From positions 1 to 44,645 of IMG/VR virus record IMGVR_UViG_3300033067_000820: a DNA stretch of 44,645 nucleotides. The stretch is one strand, 5' to 3'. Position 1 is the first letter of the stretch, and each line of letters starts with the position of its first letter. Shown here in pieces: positions 44,089-44,645 of the stretch. Under the pieces are notes generated by a model that searched no databases, had not been told where the DNA came from, and saw only the letters and a list, made by a program, of their open reading frames with translations. Made by a program: the position numbers and the translations under genes. Source of the DNA: a virus (Duplodnaviria; Caudoviricetes).

Positions 44089-44645
44089 ATGTTCATCGGT
44101 TACGCGCGAGTCAGCACCAGTGATCAGTCGATAGATATGCAAGTGTCAGCGTTGAAACGTGTCGGCGTCACGGATGCCGGACTCTATGTCGAGAAGATAT
44201 CCGCAGCATCGCGCAAGCGGCCAATGCTGGAAGCGGCGCTCGCGGCATTGAGATCGGGTGACACGTTCGTCGTTTGGAAGTTGGACAGGCTCGCTCGGAG
44301 CATGGTGGACCTTCTGAACCGCATTAAATTCATCGAGGGAAAGGGCGCTTTTCTGCGGTCTTTGACCGAGCAAATCGAGACGCAGACGACGCAGGGCAAG
44401 TTCATGATCCACATGCTCGGAGCCTTGGCAGAGTTTGAACGAGGCCTCATTCGCGAGCGTACGATGTGGGGAATGGCAGAAGCCAAGGCGCAAGGTAAGC
44501 AGGTAGGGCAACCGGAAGTGCTGACTGCCGCCGACAAGCAGAAGGCACAGAAGATGCGAGACAGTGGAAAGAGCGTGCGAGCTATAGCGGATCACTTCGG
44601 CGTCTCGCACGGCACGGTGTACAATCACACGCATGGTCCGTCGCG
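44089..44645 (+). CDS. Small serine recombinase (resolvase/invertase family) with C-terminal HTH; runs off the window, absent from the ORF track
   Basis: Translated by hand: MFIGYARVSTSDQ...RPML...GDTFVVWKLDRLARS...ALAEFERGLIRERT...GKSVRAIADHFGVSHGTVYNH. Alternative in-frame GTG at 44065. Confidence 0.93.
   Translation, partial: MFIGYARVSTSDQSIDMQVSALKRVGVTDAGLYVEKISAASRKRPMLEAALAALRSGDTFVVWKLDRLARSMVDLLNRIKFIEGKGAFLRSLTEQIETQTTQGKFMIHMLGALAEFERGLIRERTMWGMAEAKAQGKQVGQPEVLTAADKQKAQKMRDSGKSVRAIADHFGVSHGTVYNHTHGPS

Larger units (their letters stand above)
41873..44645. mobile_element. Putative serine-recombinase-associated gene-cassette array (integron-like)
   Basis: Seven co-oriented short genes, each followed by a conserved AAG-WRR-GGCC junction, divergent from a serine recombinase. 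Confidence 0.6.

Noticed and set aside
43893-44096. N-terminal extension of ORF 43584-44096
   Set aside because: It crosses the divergent promoter region and the recombinase start; the RBS and family-like MGMFD start point to ATG 43892.
44146-44634. 162-aa and 117-aa - strand ORFs in the track
   Set aside because: Antisense shadows of the + strand serine recombinase, which the track missed because it has no stop codon in the window.
34859-44645. Gin/Cin/Pin-type tail-fibre inversion system
   Set aside because: No oppositely oriented alternative fibre ends or flanking inverted crossover sites were seen. The recombinase is separated from the fibres by the lysis genes, and the nearby repeats are direct.
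1-44645. tRNA/rRNA genes, integrase, repressor, att sites or terminal repeats
   Set aside because: None recognised by eye. Both window ends cut through genes, so the immunity/integration region probably lies outside, and a temperate lifestyle is only inferred.

Overview
The window is most of the genome of a short-tailed (podovirus-type, BPP-1/T7-like virion module) dsDNA phage or prophage. The host is probably an Alphaproteobacterium, inferred from a GcrA-like regulator and an Omp25/RopB-like beta-barrel. On the + strand, left to right: a 5'-truncated GcrA-like gene, a lambdoid replication initiator with internal iterons and a loader-like gene, a DNA methyltransferase, an HNH endonuclease, a NusG-like antiterminator, accessory membrane genes, an IS1595 remnant, terminase, portal, scaffold, capsid, tail adaptor and nozzle, four ejection proteins, tail fibres and a GH19 endolysin/spanin lysis module. 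One ejection protein carries a GH114-like domain and another is a 2003-aa polyvalent protein. The most unusual feature is at the right end (41873-44645): seven unrelated short genes on the - strand, each followed by the same short junction (AAG-WRR-GGCC, usually then CG-N-ATG), lying divergent from a resolvase/invertase-type serine recombinase that the ORF track misses. This looks like an integron-like cassette array possibly built by a serine recombinase, which is an inference and is untested. Other notable signals are a consensus chromosomal parS site just upstream of terS and a recurring GGYCC-hairpin-GGACACCCG element in three late-gene leaders. All family calls come from motif recognition by eye; no database search was run.
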